From assembly GCA_963819475.1 (NCBI GenBank), contig CAWFWE010000002.1:10469-50468 (forward strand): DNA of 40,000 nt, read 5' to 3'. The notes under the pieces were generated by a model, which worked only from the letters and a program-made list of their open reading frames with translations, searched no databases and had not been told where the DNA came from. This document shows, one piece after another, positions 16,550-25,339 of the stretch (the stretch's first letter is position 1; every line of letters starts with the position of its first letter). The stretch comes from an uncultured Actinomycetes bacterium (GTDB taxonomy: Bacteria; Actinomycetota; Acidimicrobiia; IMCC26256; DASPTH01). The position numbers and the translations under genes are program-made.

Positions 16550-16760
16550 GGTGGACGAGTGGCCGAGACGCCCCGGACACCACCTTCACGTCGATGCCAG
16601 CCCGCAGCGCACTGGTCGCCCAGGCGTGGCGCAGGTTGTGCAACGGGAACGGCGGCAGCTCCCGCGCTTTGCGAAGCCGCGTGAACGTCCGGGAGATCAC
16701 GTCGGGGTGCACGAGGCTCCCGTCAGGCCGGGTGAAGCAGTAGTCCTCGCCCGGCCAGTA
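16550..16760 (-). pseudogene. Tyrosine integrase remnant (internal C-terminal fragment, frameshifted)
   Basis: PYWPGEDYCFTRPDGSLVHPDVISRTF...LHNLRHAWATSALRAGIDVKVVSG is highly similar to the element 1 integrase. RLGHSST continues in another phase after a GGGG run near 16570-16575. Both the N-terminus and the extreme C-terminus are missing. Confidence 0.75.
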
Positions 16761-17136
16761 CGGAACCCGACTTCGGTGAAACCGTCGAGCGTCCTGGCGG
16801 GATCTTCAAGATCGAGGACGGCCTCATCTACCGTCTCGACCCCGACGGGTGGACCGAAGCCCCGGCATTCATCAAGTTCCCGATGCAAGGCGAGGACGGC
16901 GCCCTCCCGATCACCGCTGCCCATGCCCGCAAGCTCATCGACATCTTCCCGTGGCCCGGATCGCGGGCGGTGCGGAACCTCGGCGCGAAGGTCAAGGAAA
17001 GACCGACTTCGTCACGCAGACCGCGCCGGACCCCGACGCCGCACCACTCAAGGACAAGCTCGCGCAGCTCGGCTGACCCGTGGACCGGCGTGTAGTTCCC
17101 CGACCGACCGCACCCCCGCCGCGCTTGGGGACGATC

Positions 17137-17275
17137 CATGCACGCGCCCGACGTTGTTGAGGGCGGGTCACCCCGCAACATCGGGCGCGTGCATGCATCC
17201 TCCGATGGAGCAACCGGTTGCACGCGCCCGACGCCATGCGAAGGTCGGGTCGCCCCGCAAACGTCGGGCGCGTGC
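17137..17275. repeat. Two tandem copies (80-nt period) of a long palindromic unit, REP/MITE-like
   Basis: Unit 1 (17137-17195) has arms catgcacgcgcccgacgttg / caacatcgggcgcgtgcatg with one mismatch. Unit 2 (17220-17275) has perfect 14-nt arms gcacgcgcccgacg / cgtcgggcgcgtgc. The loops are related (gggtc[a/g]ccccgcaa). Confidence 0.8.
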
Positions 17276-17387
17276 ACGCGTGCCCCTACCAAATGGCAAG
17301 AGTGGCGGTACCTCCCGGTGATACCGGGCGGCGGGTGTCGTCCGACGGGTGTTCGCGACGTGGTGGTTGTCGCGGAATCGCGACCGG

Positions 17388-17416
17388 TGACCCGTGGCTG
17401 GGGGGTCAGGTTTTTT
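17388..17416 (+). terminator. Rho-independent-terminator-like hairpin followed by a T6 run
   Basis: tgaccc-gtggctggg-gggtca, then gg and tttttt. A T6 run stands out in this GC-rich context. Confidence 0.4.
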
Positions 17417-17892
17417 GGGCGGTGACGGGCGTGGTGAGGACCTGATCCGGCGGTACCCCCCAACTTGACCGGGTTGGTGCCCACGGTGTCACAGCCTGGG
17501 CGGCGCCGAGCTACGCGTACCGGTCAGCCCAGCCTCCGCTCGTGCTCGACTGGTGTCACGGGCCGTCGCGTCTCGGTCGGGTCACCGCGCTCGGCGAGGA
17601 CGGTCAGCGTCGCGGTTGGGCGGCCGCCGAGCTCGACGATGACGTAGTTCTGCCCGAGGGCCCGCTCAGTCGATGATGCGTTCTCGGGCGAGGTCGTCGC
17701 TGTGGTGCTCCCGCGTAAACGCTCCCGATCGAAGCCTCTTTGTGTCAAGAGCCTGTTCGCGGGCGCGTGGGAGCGTGGTTTGTTGGGTGGGCGTAGCGTT
17801 GGTGTCGGGTCCGGGAGTGACCTCACCGAAGAGCCGGCCGTCAGGGTGCAGAGCCGGCCACGCTGGCCTTTGGAGCCGTTCCCGTTTGTCCT

Positions 17893-19296
17893 GAGAAATC
17901 GTCAAGAGTTGTGGGTCGGGTTTGTTGATCACGCGGCGACCTTGTTCGGGTTTTCGATGAGCACTCCCTTCTTGAAGGTGGCGCCGGCGCGGACGAGCGC
18001 GGCGAGGTGCGGCCCGTTTATGGCACGCCAGCGGTCCTGTGCGGCGATGATGAGCTTGTAGGTCATCGCGAGTCCCGCGGCACGCGAGCCCGGTCCTTTG
18101 GTGACCTTGGTGCGGAGTCGCACGGTCGCGAACGTCGACTCGATCGGGTTCGAGGTCTTCAAGTGGATCCAGTGCTCGGCGGGGAAGTCGTAGAACGCGA
18201 GGAGCTCGTCGAGGTCGTCGGTGATCTTCGCGACCGCCTTGGGGAACTTCGTGCCGAACTCGTTCGCGAACACGTTCGCGGCGGCGAGGGCGTGGTCGCG
18301 GTCTTGGGCGTCGCGGATCTCGGCGAGCACCTTCTTCGCGGTCGGTTGCGCCGACTTCGGCAACGCGTCCAAGACGTTGGCGGCCTTGTGGAACCAGTCG
18401 CGTTGATGACGGGTCTCGGGCCAGACATCACGCACCGCGCCCCAGAACCCGAGTGCCCCGTCGCCGATCGCCAGGACCGGAGCGACCATCCCGCGCCGCT
18501 TGAGATCGCGCAGCAGATCCGCCCACGACTCCTTGGACTCCCGGTAGCCGTCGCGGATCGCGACCAGCTCCTTGGTGCCATCGAGGCGCACCCCCACCAT
18601 GACCAGGACGCACAGTCGGTCCTCGGCGAGCCGGACGTTGAAATGCACGCCGTCGACCCACACGTACACGAAGTCCTTGTCCCGAAGCGACCGATCCGAG
18701 AAGTGGCGATGCTCGTCTTGCCACTGGGCCGTGAGGCGGGTGATCACCGACGCCGAGAGCCCCGCCGAGTTCCCGAAGAACCCTTCCAGCGCGGGCACGA
18801 AGTCACCGCTGGACATGCCCGCCAGATACATCAACGGCAACACCTCGGTCACCTTCGGGGACTTACGGCACCACGGCGGCACGATCGAGCTCTTGAACTG
18901 GAACCGCTCTCCGGTCACAGGATCGGTCCGCCCGTCATCGACCCGCGGGGCTCGAATATCGATACGGCCCACGCCGGTCGTGATCGTCCGCGGCCGCGCG
19001 TGCCCGTTGCGGACCACCAACCGATTGCCGTGCTCGTCGACCTGGTCGGCGAATGCGTCGACGTACGCGTCCACCTCGGCCTCGAGCGCTGCGGCGAGCA
19101 TCCGCCGAGCGCCTTCGCGGCAGATCTCATCCAAACCCGCGGCCAGCTCCGTGCGCGCGGTCTCCTCAGCAACTACCTTCAACATCGGCGTTCCTTCCTC
19201 GCCGGCATTGGCGTGCCGGCTCTCCTTGTTGGTCAAGCAGGAAGGTACGCCGCGCCCTGGAACAGACCGGCGATCCACAACTTCTGGTTATAACTC
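17893..19296 (-). mobile_element. IS256-family insertion sequence (1404 bp) with a 9-bp target-site duplication
   Basis: Flanked by gtttgtcct at 17884-17892 and 19297-19305. Imperfect terminal inverted repeats gagaaatcgtcaagagttgtgggtcg and gagttataaccagaagttgtggatcg. Confidence 0.85.
17929..19185 (-). CDS. IS256-family (Mutator-type) transposase
   Basis: The start MLKVVAEETARTEL...EICREGARRMLAAALEAEVDAY, then VWVDGVHFNVR, LAIGDGALGFW and a C-terminal NPIESTFATVRLR are typical of IS256 transposases. Confidence 0.9.
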   Translation of the reverse strand: MLKVVAEETARTELAAGLDEICREGARRMLAAALEAEVDAYVDAFADQVDEHGNRLVVRNGHARPRTITTGVGRIDIRAPRVDDGRTDPVTGERFQFKSSIVPPWCRKSPKVTEVLPLMYLAGMSSGDFVPALEGFFGNSAGLSASVITRLTAQWQDEHRHFSDRSLRDKDFVYVWVDGVHFNVRLAEDRLCVLVMVGVRLDGTKELVAIRDGYRESKESWADLLRDLKRRGMVAPVLAIGDGALGFWGAVRDVWPETRHQRDWFHKAANVLDALPKSAQPTAKKVLAEIRDAQDRDHALAAANVFANEFGTKFPKAVAKITDDLDELLAFYDFPAEHWIHLKTSNPIESTFATVRLRTKVTKGPGSRAAGLAMTYKLIIAAQDRWRAINGPHLAALVRAGATFKKGVLIENPNKVAA

Positions 19297-19322
19297 GTTT
19301 GTCCTCCCGGGCCCTCTGAAGG

Positions 19323-19385
19323 TCAGGGTCGGGTGTCGGCTATGAGTTGGCGGTAGATCGCGTCACTGATCCGGCGTTTCAGTGC
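19323..19385 (-). pseudogene. C-terminal fragment of an IS110-family transposase, split by the IS at 19386-20839
   Basis: After removing the IS and one duplication copy, the reading gives ...RALKRRISDAIYRQLIADTRP*, like the conserved IS110-family C-terminus. Only about 25-40 codons are recognisable, continuing at 20849 onward. Confidence 0.35.
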
Positions 19386-20839
19386 AGGATGTCCCGCGTT
19401 CCGTGGAACTTGGGTGACGGCCCGGGTGTTGGTCAGGCGGCCTCCTGAGTCTCGCGCACGGGTGTGACGGTCTCGAACTTGCGGTCGAGTTCGACGCGTA
19501 GCGCGGCGAGGTGGAGGTGCCCGTTCACGCGTCGGAACTGCGTCGCGGCTTCGGTCATCCCGGCCGCGCACCAACGCAACGCCATCTGTCCGTCACGCCA
19601 CCGTTTCACGTTCGCGCTGTGATCGCGGCAGATCTCGATCATGGACTCGATCGCGTTCGAGGACCGCAACGTCCGAGCCAACGTGGGTGGCACACCGAGG
19701 CGGTTGACGGTGAGCGTCTCGCCGAGTCCTTCCCGGAGTGAACCTGCCGCACCGGGATGTGCCTTGTCGAGCGAACGGGCGAGCGCCTCGAGTGTTGCTT
19801 CGGCGTGCAACGCGTCCTGGTCGCGGTACGCGGCGCGCATCTTCTTGGTCACCGTCGTCGCCAGCGTCTTGGGCAAGTGACGTTCAACGTTGCGGATCTT
19901 GTGGAGCTGGCATCGCTGCACGACCGGCCGGTCGAAGATCTCGCGCACCGCGGTGGCGAGCGCTTTGGCGCCGTCGATCACGACCAGGATCGGACGCGAC
20001 ATGTCGAGCCCGCGTTCGGCGAGGTCGGTGAGGAGCGCCTTGACGACCGTCGCGTTCTCGGTCGAACCTTCCACCACCCCGAGAGGGATCTTGGTGCCAT
20101 CGATGGTGATCCCGAGCGCCACCACGCAGAGATGCTCGGCGAAGTGAACCCCGTCGATCATCAACGCCACCAGATCGAGCTCGGACAGATCGGCGCGCAT
20201 CAGCTCGTCGAGAGCCCGTTCGGTCATCGCCACGAACCGGCGACTCACCGCCGAACGCGACGTGCCCGACGCGGAGGCCTCGACCGCCGAACCGACCGGT
20301 TCCAGACCGGCCTCGTAGCGGCGGGTCGAAAGCTTGGCCATCATCCGCTCCAACGCGAGCTCACCGAGCAACTCGGTGCTCGAGAACAGCTCATAGGCCG
20401 GCACCGCCACCTCGGCGGTCTTGTCCACGGTACGAACCCGCGGGCGACGCACCCGCACCTGACGGCCACCCAACACCACCGAGCCGGCCTCGCGGCCGTG
20501 ACGCACCGCTCTGCGGTCCGGATCGTGTGCACCTTTCGGGCCGCACAGCCCGGTGACCGACTCGCCCATCAGGACCTGCATCACCTGCAGGCCCACGCCG
20601 ACCGCGAGAGCCAACAGGCCTTCGCGCATCGCTCCGGTCAGCTCGCTCATCGCGACGCTCACCGCGTCCGGCACCACGACCTCGCTCATCGCAGCACGCG
20701 ACGCGTTCCTCTGGTAGTTCTTCCTCACGGCGGTCCCCTTCTTGTCGGATGTGCTTGGCGGTACGCCCGAGACCTACCAGCAGGCAGGCATCAAGCGGGG
20801 GACCGCCACCTCAAGTTCCACGACTACCGGGACAACCTC
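19386..20839 (-). mobile_element. Second IS256-family IS, copy A (1454 bp), intact, with a 9-bp target-site duplication
   Basis: Flanked by tttcagtgc at 19377-19385 and 20840-20848. Terminal inverted repeats aggatgtcccgcgttccgtggaacttg and gaggttgtcccggtagtcgtggaacttg. Confidence 0.85.
19433..20728 (-). CDS. IS256-family (Mutator-type) transposase, intact
   Basis: 431-aa ORF with LMIDGVHFAEH, VVIDGAKAL and SNAIESMI motifs. The start could instead be the internal MSEVV. Confidence 0.9.
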   Translation of the reverse strand: MRKNYQRNASRAAMSEVVVPDAVSVAMSELTGAMREGLLALAVGVGLQVMQVLMGESVTGLCGPKGAHDPDRRAVRHGREAGSVVLGGRQVRVRRPRVRTVDKTAEVAVPAYELFSSTELLGELALERMMAKLSTRRYEAGLEPVGSAVEASASGTSRSAVSRRFVAMTERALDELMRADLSELDLVALMIDGVHFAEHLCVVALGITIDGTKIPLGVVEGSTENATVVKALLTDLAERGLDMSRPILVVIDGAKALATAVREIFDRPVVQRCQLHKIRNVERHLPKTLATTVTKKMRAAYRDQDALHAEATLEALARSLDKAHPGAAGSLREGLGETLTVNRLGVPPTLARTLRSSNAIESMIEICRDHSANVKRWRDGQMALRWCAAGMTEAATQFRRVNGHLHLAALRVELDRKFETVTPVRETQEAA

Positions 20840-20955
20840 TTTCAGTGCGCGGACGCAACAACGACCACCCTGCTTACTACTAGCTGCCGATGCGGAGCGC
20901 CGATACATTACGCGGACCGCGCCTTTGTACGAAGCCGCTATGGAGGACCCGCGAC

Positions 20956-21291
20956 ATGATCATGAGCATCGTTCGGCATCCGCTGCGCGCGAAGTACGCC
21001 GACGAGTGGCCGGAGCTAGCAGCGGAGTTCACGGCGGCCACTCGCGCCGAGCCCGGCAACATCTGCTTCGACTGGTTTCGCAGCGTCGACGACCCCAACG
21101 TGTACCTGCTGGTGGAGATGTTCCGGGACCGGCCCGCGGGTGATGCCCACGTGAATTCGGACCACTTCAAAGCGGCGATGGGGCAGATGGGCCACGCGTA
21201 CGCCGGGATGCCCGAGGTCGTGTACGTAGAGGTTCCCGGTGAGGGTTGGTCGGCCATGGCCGAAGTCCAGGGCACCGCCGAGGGCGAGTGA
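20956..21291 (+). CDS. Antibiotic-biosynthesis-monooxygenase (ABM) domain protein
   Basis: About 110 aa, with EPGNICFDWFRSVDDPNVYLLVEMFRDRPAGDAHVNSDHFK typical of ABM/ferredoxin-like monooxygenases. Confidence 0.7.
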   Translation: MIMSIVRHPLRAKYADEWPELAAEFTAATRAEPGNICFDWFRSVDDPNVYLLVEMFRDRPAGDAHVNSDHFKAAMGQMGHAYAGMPEVVYVEVPGEGWSAMAEVQGTAEGE

Positions 21292-21453
21292 CCGTCCGGT
21301 CACCGACCTCATCACCGTCCTGAGCGCCCGCCTCGAGATCCCGCTCTCAGCTTGTCGCGTTCAGCCGCAAGCACAATCTCAAATGCGGGAGCCGTCGTCC
21401 GTCAGGGAGGTGGGTCGCTCCAACCGCAGTGCGGCATGAGTTCTGGAGCGGTG

Positions 21454-21885
21454 CTACTTGGCCTTTGTCGCGGGAAGGGTGCCACTACACGCGATCTGGC
21501 GAACGTCGGACGTCTGGTGGAGCGGTCGACCTGACCTGTCGGCTGGCTCTGGGAACGAGTTTCCGTACTTCGCGGCGTTGACGATCGCGCCCACGAACTG
21601 TGGTCGGTCCTTGTTCAACGGCCGAAGCACGAGCGTCTGCCCATTACAGAAGGTCAACCGAAGGGTGTCGGCCGTAGTCGGGAGAAACCCGAACATCACG
21701 TATCGGCTTCCCGTTGCACCGATCCCACCGAAGGCACTGAGCGCAACACCAGACGTGCCGCCAGCACTACGCCCGTCGAAGTAGTACGAGCGTCGTCCGT
21801 CCGGGTCCCTGACGCAGATCGGTGGCCGCCTGTCACTTTGGCGGCGAGTAGGAGCACTGCACCTGATCGCACCACCTGGGAGCAA
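21454..21885 (-). CDS. Hypothetical protein (possibly N-terminally frameshifted)
   Basis: ORF in a locally lower-GC stretch. A possible N-terminal extension lies in another phase (21696..21962). No motif recognised. Confidence 0.25.
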   Translation of the reverse strand: MLPGGAIRCSAPTRRQSDRRPPICVRDPDGRRSYYFDGRSAGGTSGVALSAFGGIGATGSRYVMFGFLPTTADTLRLTFCNGQTLVLRPLNKDRPQFVGAIVNAAKYGNSFPEPADRSGRPLHQTSDVRQIACSGTLPATKAK

Positions 21886-21958
21886 TCAGCCGTGCCCGTT
21901 CGCTTCAGCGCGACGCCCGGCGCAGCCTTGCTGGCAGCAGTCGCAGGCAGGACCGCCT

Positions 21959-22525
21959 TCACGGTGTCCTCCCCCTTGCCAGAATCGCATCCACGACTTC
22001 GCTCTTAGCATCCGCGTAGTGGTCCATGGTTTCCCAGTCTCGTTGGGCCAGTTCCCGTTTCGTTGACTCGTACAGGGCGCGATCGGCGTCGTTGGAGCGC
22101 AACCGGTCCCGAAACGAGAGGTAGCGACCAATCTCCGGTGCGCCGACCGGGTAGACGTGCAGGTGGACATCGCGCGCCGCGGTCCGCAACATTCGATGTT
22201 CATGCCAATCGGGCTCGCGGACCCACAGCGTGTAACCAGCGGATTCCAGGTCGGGAACGTACGAGACCTCGTCGGAGGAGTCGGCCACCACTAGGCAGAT
22301 GTCGACGATCGGCTTCGCGGCGAGACCGACCACCGAGGTCGAGCCAATAAGTTCGACCCGAAGCGCCCGTGCACCGAGCGCCACTTCGATGGTCCGCTTC
22401 TCAACCTCGAAGCACTGCGCCCACGCCGGGTCGTACTCCACGATGACGATGTCGACGTGCTCAGGTTCCCCGACGAGGGCCTTTCGGATTTGGACGAAAA
22501 GCGGGTCGTCCTGTTCATCGCACAC
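21959..22525 (-). CDS. GrpB family protein
   Basis: VEYDPAWAQCFEVEKRTI...IGSTSVVGLAAKPIVDI...HLHVY follows the GrpB (UPF0157) pattern. Confidence 0.8.
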   Translation of the reverse strand: MCDEQDDPLFVQIRKALVGEPEHVDIVIVEYDPAWAQCFEVEKRTIEVALGARALRVELIGSTSVVGLAAKPIVDICLVVADSSDEVSYVPDLESAGYTLWVREPDWHEHRMLRTAARDVHLHVYPVGAPEIGRYLSFRDRLRSNDADRALYESTKRELAQRDWETMDHYADAKSEVVDAILARGRTP

Positions 22526-22533
22526 GCGCGTGC

Positions 22534-23569
22534 ATGATGCCCGCTCCGGCGCGTTCCAGCGAACGCCGAGCGATCAGGCAGTTAGGAGCGGCCGCGGTCT
22601 TTGAGACATGCGATGCAAGACGACGGCTCGCGTTCTGCGTAGGATTCACGCCGGTGGGGGTCGAGGCCAGGTTCCGGGCGACCGAGGGGCGTGTCGCGGC
22701 GGCGAATGGACTCGACGTGCAGGAGCGTTGGGTCGACATCGCGTCGCCGACCGTACAGGTGCGTCTCCTCGAGTCGGGTGTCGGCGACCCGGTGTTGTTC
22801 CTCAACGGCATCTCGGCACCAGGGGTCGGGATGGGCGCCGCTGGCCGGCCGTCTGCCTGGGCGTCGCCATCTGCTGGTCGACCTTCCCGGCCACGGCCTG
22901 TCGCCGCCCTACCTCTGGCAGGGCGCGCCGCTCCGCGAGCAGGCGGTCAACGTCATCGCCGGCGTGCTCGACGGCCTCGGCATCGACCAGGTCACGCTCG
23001 TGGGGAACTCGCTCGGCGGATTGTTCTCACTGTGGTTCGCGCTCGACCAGCTATCGCGTGCGTCGCGGGCCGTGATCGTCGGCCAGCCCGCGGTCGCGAT
23101 CCAGGGCTCGCGTGGCGACCTCACCATGGGCGTGCTCGCAGCGCCTGTCCTCGGCCGGGTCGCCACGTGCATGGCGCGGCTGCCCTCGCCGCGACTCGTG
23201 GGCCGCTTCGGCCTGCGGCAATCGGCCGGAGCCCACGCCGCGCGCCAGGTTTCGAACGACATCGTCGACCTGCACCTCCTCTCGCTGCGGCTGCCCGGCC
23301 AGGCAGCGTCGTTTCGGTCGCTGCTGCAGCGGCTCCTCGTGGGTCGCACGCCGCGACCTGAGAACAACCTCACCGACGCAGAACTTCGCAGCTTCACCGT
23401 GCCGCTGCTCTTTGTATGGCCCGACGACGACGTGTTCCTCGGCCCAGCCGCCGGAAAGCCGAGCGTCGACACGATCCCCGGCGCTCGCTTCGTGACCATG
23501 CCCGGCGGCCACTTCCCCTGGTACGACGACCCCGACCAGTGCGCCGCACTCGTCGCCGAGGGCCTATAG
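22534..23569 (+). pseudogene. Alpha/beta hydrolase with an apparent frameshift near 22822-22826
   Basis: The N-terminus (VQVRLLESGVGDPVLFLNGISAPG) is in phase 1. The rest (WAPLAGRLPGRRHLLVDLPGHGLS, GNSLGG nucleophile elbow, PGGHFPWYDDP) is in phase 2. The switch falls at a GGGG run. The start codon is uncertain. Confidence 0.7.
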
Positions 23570-23732
23570 CCGGTCCCGAGTCGCACGGCACCCGCCCCGA
23601 ATGCCCGATCGGGGTACTCGCCGCCAGCACGTTCGCGACGACAGAACGACGTGTCGCGGAACGGCAGATCTGTGAGGGTTGCACGGTCGCCGTCCGACAC
23701 TTCGGGCGCGGTGTGCGCGATGCCACTTCGAC

Positions 23733-24009
23733 CTACTGGTCGACGGCCTCTCGGGCGATCCGAGCGAGGCTCTCCGCGACCTCGCCGGGCCGTAACCAGA
23801 TCGGAAAGTGATCACCAGGCATCTCGATGACATCAGTCGCTCGTGAAGCGAACAGCGCGCGCAGATCGCTACTGATCTCGCTGTCGTCGCAGGAAATGAA
23901 TGTGGAGGGAACCAACCGCCATGCCGCAATGGAGTTCTCGAAACAGGAGGCGCCGGCGCGTTGGGGCCGGAGTCCGGATACGAACTCGTCAGCGTCACCG
24001 GATGAATAG
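23733..24009 (-). pseudogene. Alpha/beta hydrolase (esterase-like), 3' half, separated from its 5' half by IS copy B
   Basis: Encodes ...FISCDDSEISSDLRALFASRATDVIEMPGDHFPIWLRPGEV.... It joins in frame to 26748-27178 once the IS and one 9-bp duplication copy are removed. Confidence 0.8.
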
Positions 24010-24061
24010 AGGATGTCTGAGGGTCCCCCTCCTGACCGGTCACCTCGATTAGGAGGTAACC

Positions 24062-24373
24062 ATGTCAGTGATGGAGGAGCAGAGGCCGCGGTCTCGGCGT
24101 TCGTTCACCGACGAGTTCAAGCGTGATGCCGTGGCGTTGGTGATCGACGAGGACCGCACGGTCGTCGACGTGGCTCGCAGTCTCGGTGTCGGTGAGGGCA
24201 CGTTGGGGAACTGGGTGCGCCAAGCGCGGATCGATCGGGGTGAACGAGCCGGACTCACGACGTCGGAGCGGGCCGAGTTGGCCGAGCTGCGCAGGGAGAA
24301 CGCTCGGTTGCGGATGGAACGAGATCTGCTCAAACGAGCGACGGCCTTCTGGGTGAAGGAGTCGGGACAGTGA
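24062..24373 (+). CDS. IS3-family transposase OrfA (HTH)
   Basis: RRSFTDEFKRDAVALV...GTLGNWVRQ, followed by a leucine-zipper-like ELRRENARLRMERDLLKRA. Confidence 0.9.
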   Translation: MSVMEEQRPRSRRSFTDEFKRDAVALVIDEDRTVVDVARSLGVGEGTLGNWVRQARIDRGERAGLTTSERAELAELRRENARLRMERDLLKRATAFWVKESGQ

Positions 24374-25266
24374 CCCGCTATCGGTGGGTCGCGGCCCGGA
24401 AGGCCGAGGGGTTCCCGATCACGATGGCATGCAAGATCGCCGACGTGTCTCGTCAGGCGTTCCACGACTGGCGGGCCCGAATTGCGGCGGGACCGACCGC
24501 ACGGGAGCTCGCCGAGGCCGAGTTGGTCGGGTTGATGCGTGCGATCCACGCCGAGTCCGACGCCACCTATGGCGAGCCGCGCATGACCGAAGAACTCGCC
24601 CTGCGGGGACGACCGGTGAACCACAAGCGGGTCCGGCGCCTGATGCGCGTGCATGGCATCGTCGGGGTGTTCAGGCCGGCGAAGGTGCGGACCACGATCC
24701 CCGTGGAGGAGTGCCCGCCGTTGCCGGATCTCGTGGGTCGACGGTTCGCGCCGGCCGCGCCGGATGTCGTGTGGTGCGGCGACATCACCTACGTGCCGAC
24801 CGGTGAAGGATGGTTGTACGTCGCGTCGGTCCTCGATCTCGGTTCGCGTCGCCTGCTCGGCTACTCGATGGCCGACCACATGCGCACCGAGCTCGTCGCG
24901 GACGCGCTCGACATGGCCGCCGCCGCTCGTGGCGGCCACACCGCCGGGATCATCTTCCACGGCGACCGTGGCAGCCAATACATGTCGGGTGACTACCGCC
25001 AGCTGATCGGCGATCTCGACATGGTCCAGTCGGTCGGACGCACCGGCGTGTGCTGGGACAACGCGGTCGCCGAATCGTTCTGGTCATCGCTGAAACGTGA
25101 AGTCGTGCACCGCTACCGGTTCGCGACTCGCGCGGAGGCACGTCGTGAGATCTTCGCGTGGATCAACCGTTACAACCACCGGCGGCTGCACTCGAGCCTC
25201 GGCTACCTGCCACCCGTCGCGTGGGAACAGCTGTACCGTCACACCCAGGCCGACCTGGCCGCGTAA
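24370..25266 (+). CDS. IS3-family transposase OrfB (DDE integrase domain)
   Basis: Lies in the -1 phase relative to orfA and overlaps its stop. DDE residues are in WCGDITY, FHGDRGSQY and DNAVAESFW. I did not see a classical A6G slippery site. Confidence 0.9.
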   Translation: MTRYRWVAARKAEGFPITMACKIADVSRQAFHDWRARIAAGPTARELAEAELVGLMRAIHAESDATYGEPRMTEELALRGRPVNHKRVRRLMRVHGIVGVFRPAKVRTTIPVEECPPLPDLVGRRFAPAAPDVVWCGDITYVPTGEGWLYVASVLDLGSRRLLGYSMADHMRTELVADALDMAAAARGGHTAGIIFHGDRGSQYMSGDYRQLIGDLDMVQSVGRTGVCWDNAVAESFWSSLKREVVHRYRFATRAEARREIFAWINRYNHRRLHSSLGYLPPVAWEQLYRHTQADLAA

Positions 25267-25339
25267 CCAACGTGACCGGTCAACGGGGGGAGGCCCAGTC
25301 CCGCGTTCCGTGGAACTTGGGTGACGGCCCGGGTGTTGG

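Larger units (their letters stand above)
24018..25297 (+). mobile_element. IS3-family insertion sequence (1280 bp) nested in IS copy B, with a 3-bp target-site duplication
   Basis: Inverted repeats tgagggtccccctcctgaccggtcac (24018 onward) and tgggcctccccccgttgaccggtcac (reverse complement of the end at 25297). Flanked by gtc at 24015-24017 and 25298-25300. Confidence 0.85.

Noticed and set aside
16760-17076. A plus-strand, 5'-truncated gene fragment (...GIFKIEDGLIYRLDPDGWTEAPAFIKFPMQGEDGALPITAAHARKLIDIFPWPG...). The alternative is continuation of the integrase pseudogene on the minus strand (AWAAVIG / DREGAVLALHRELD resembling AAATGLRRGELVALRW).
   Set aside because: I could not decide between the two readings. 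The plus frame has higher third-position GC but no start codon, and it also needs a frameshift. The minus reading needs at least two frameshifts and its similarity is weak. I therefore did not report either as a feature.
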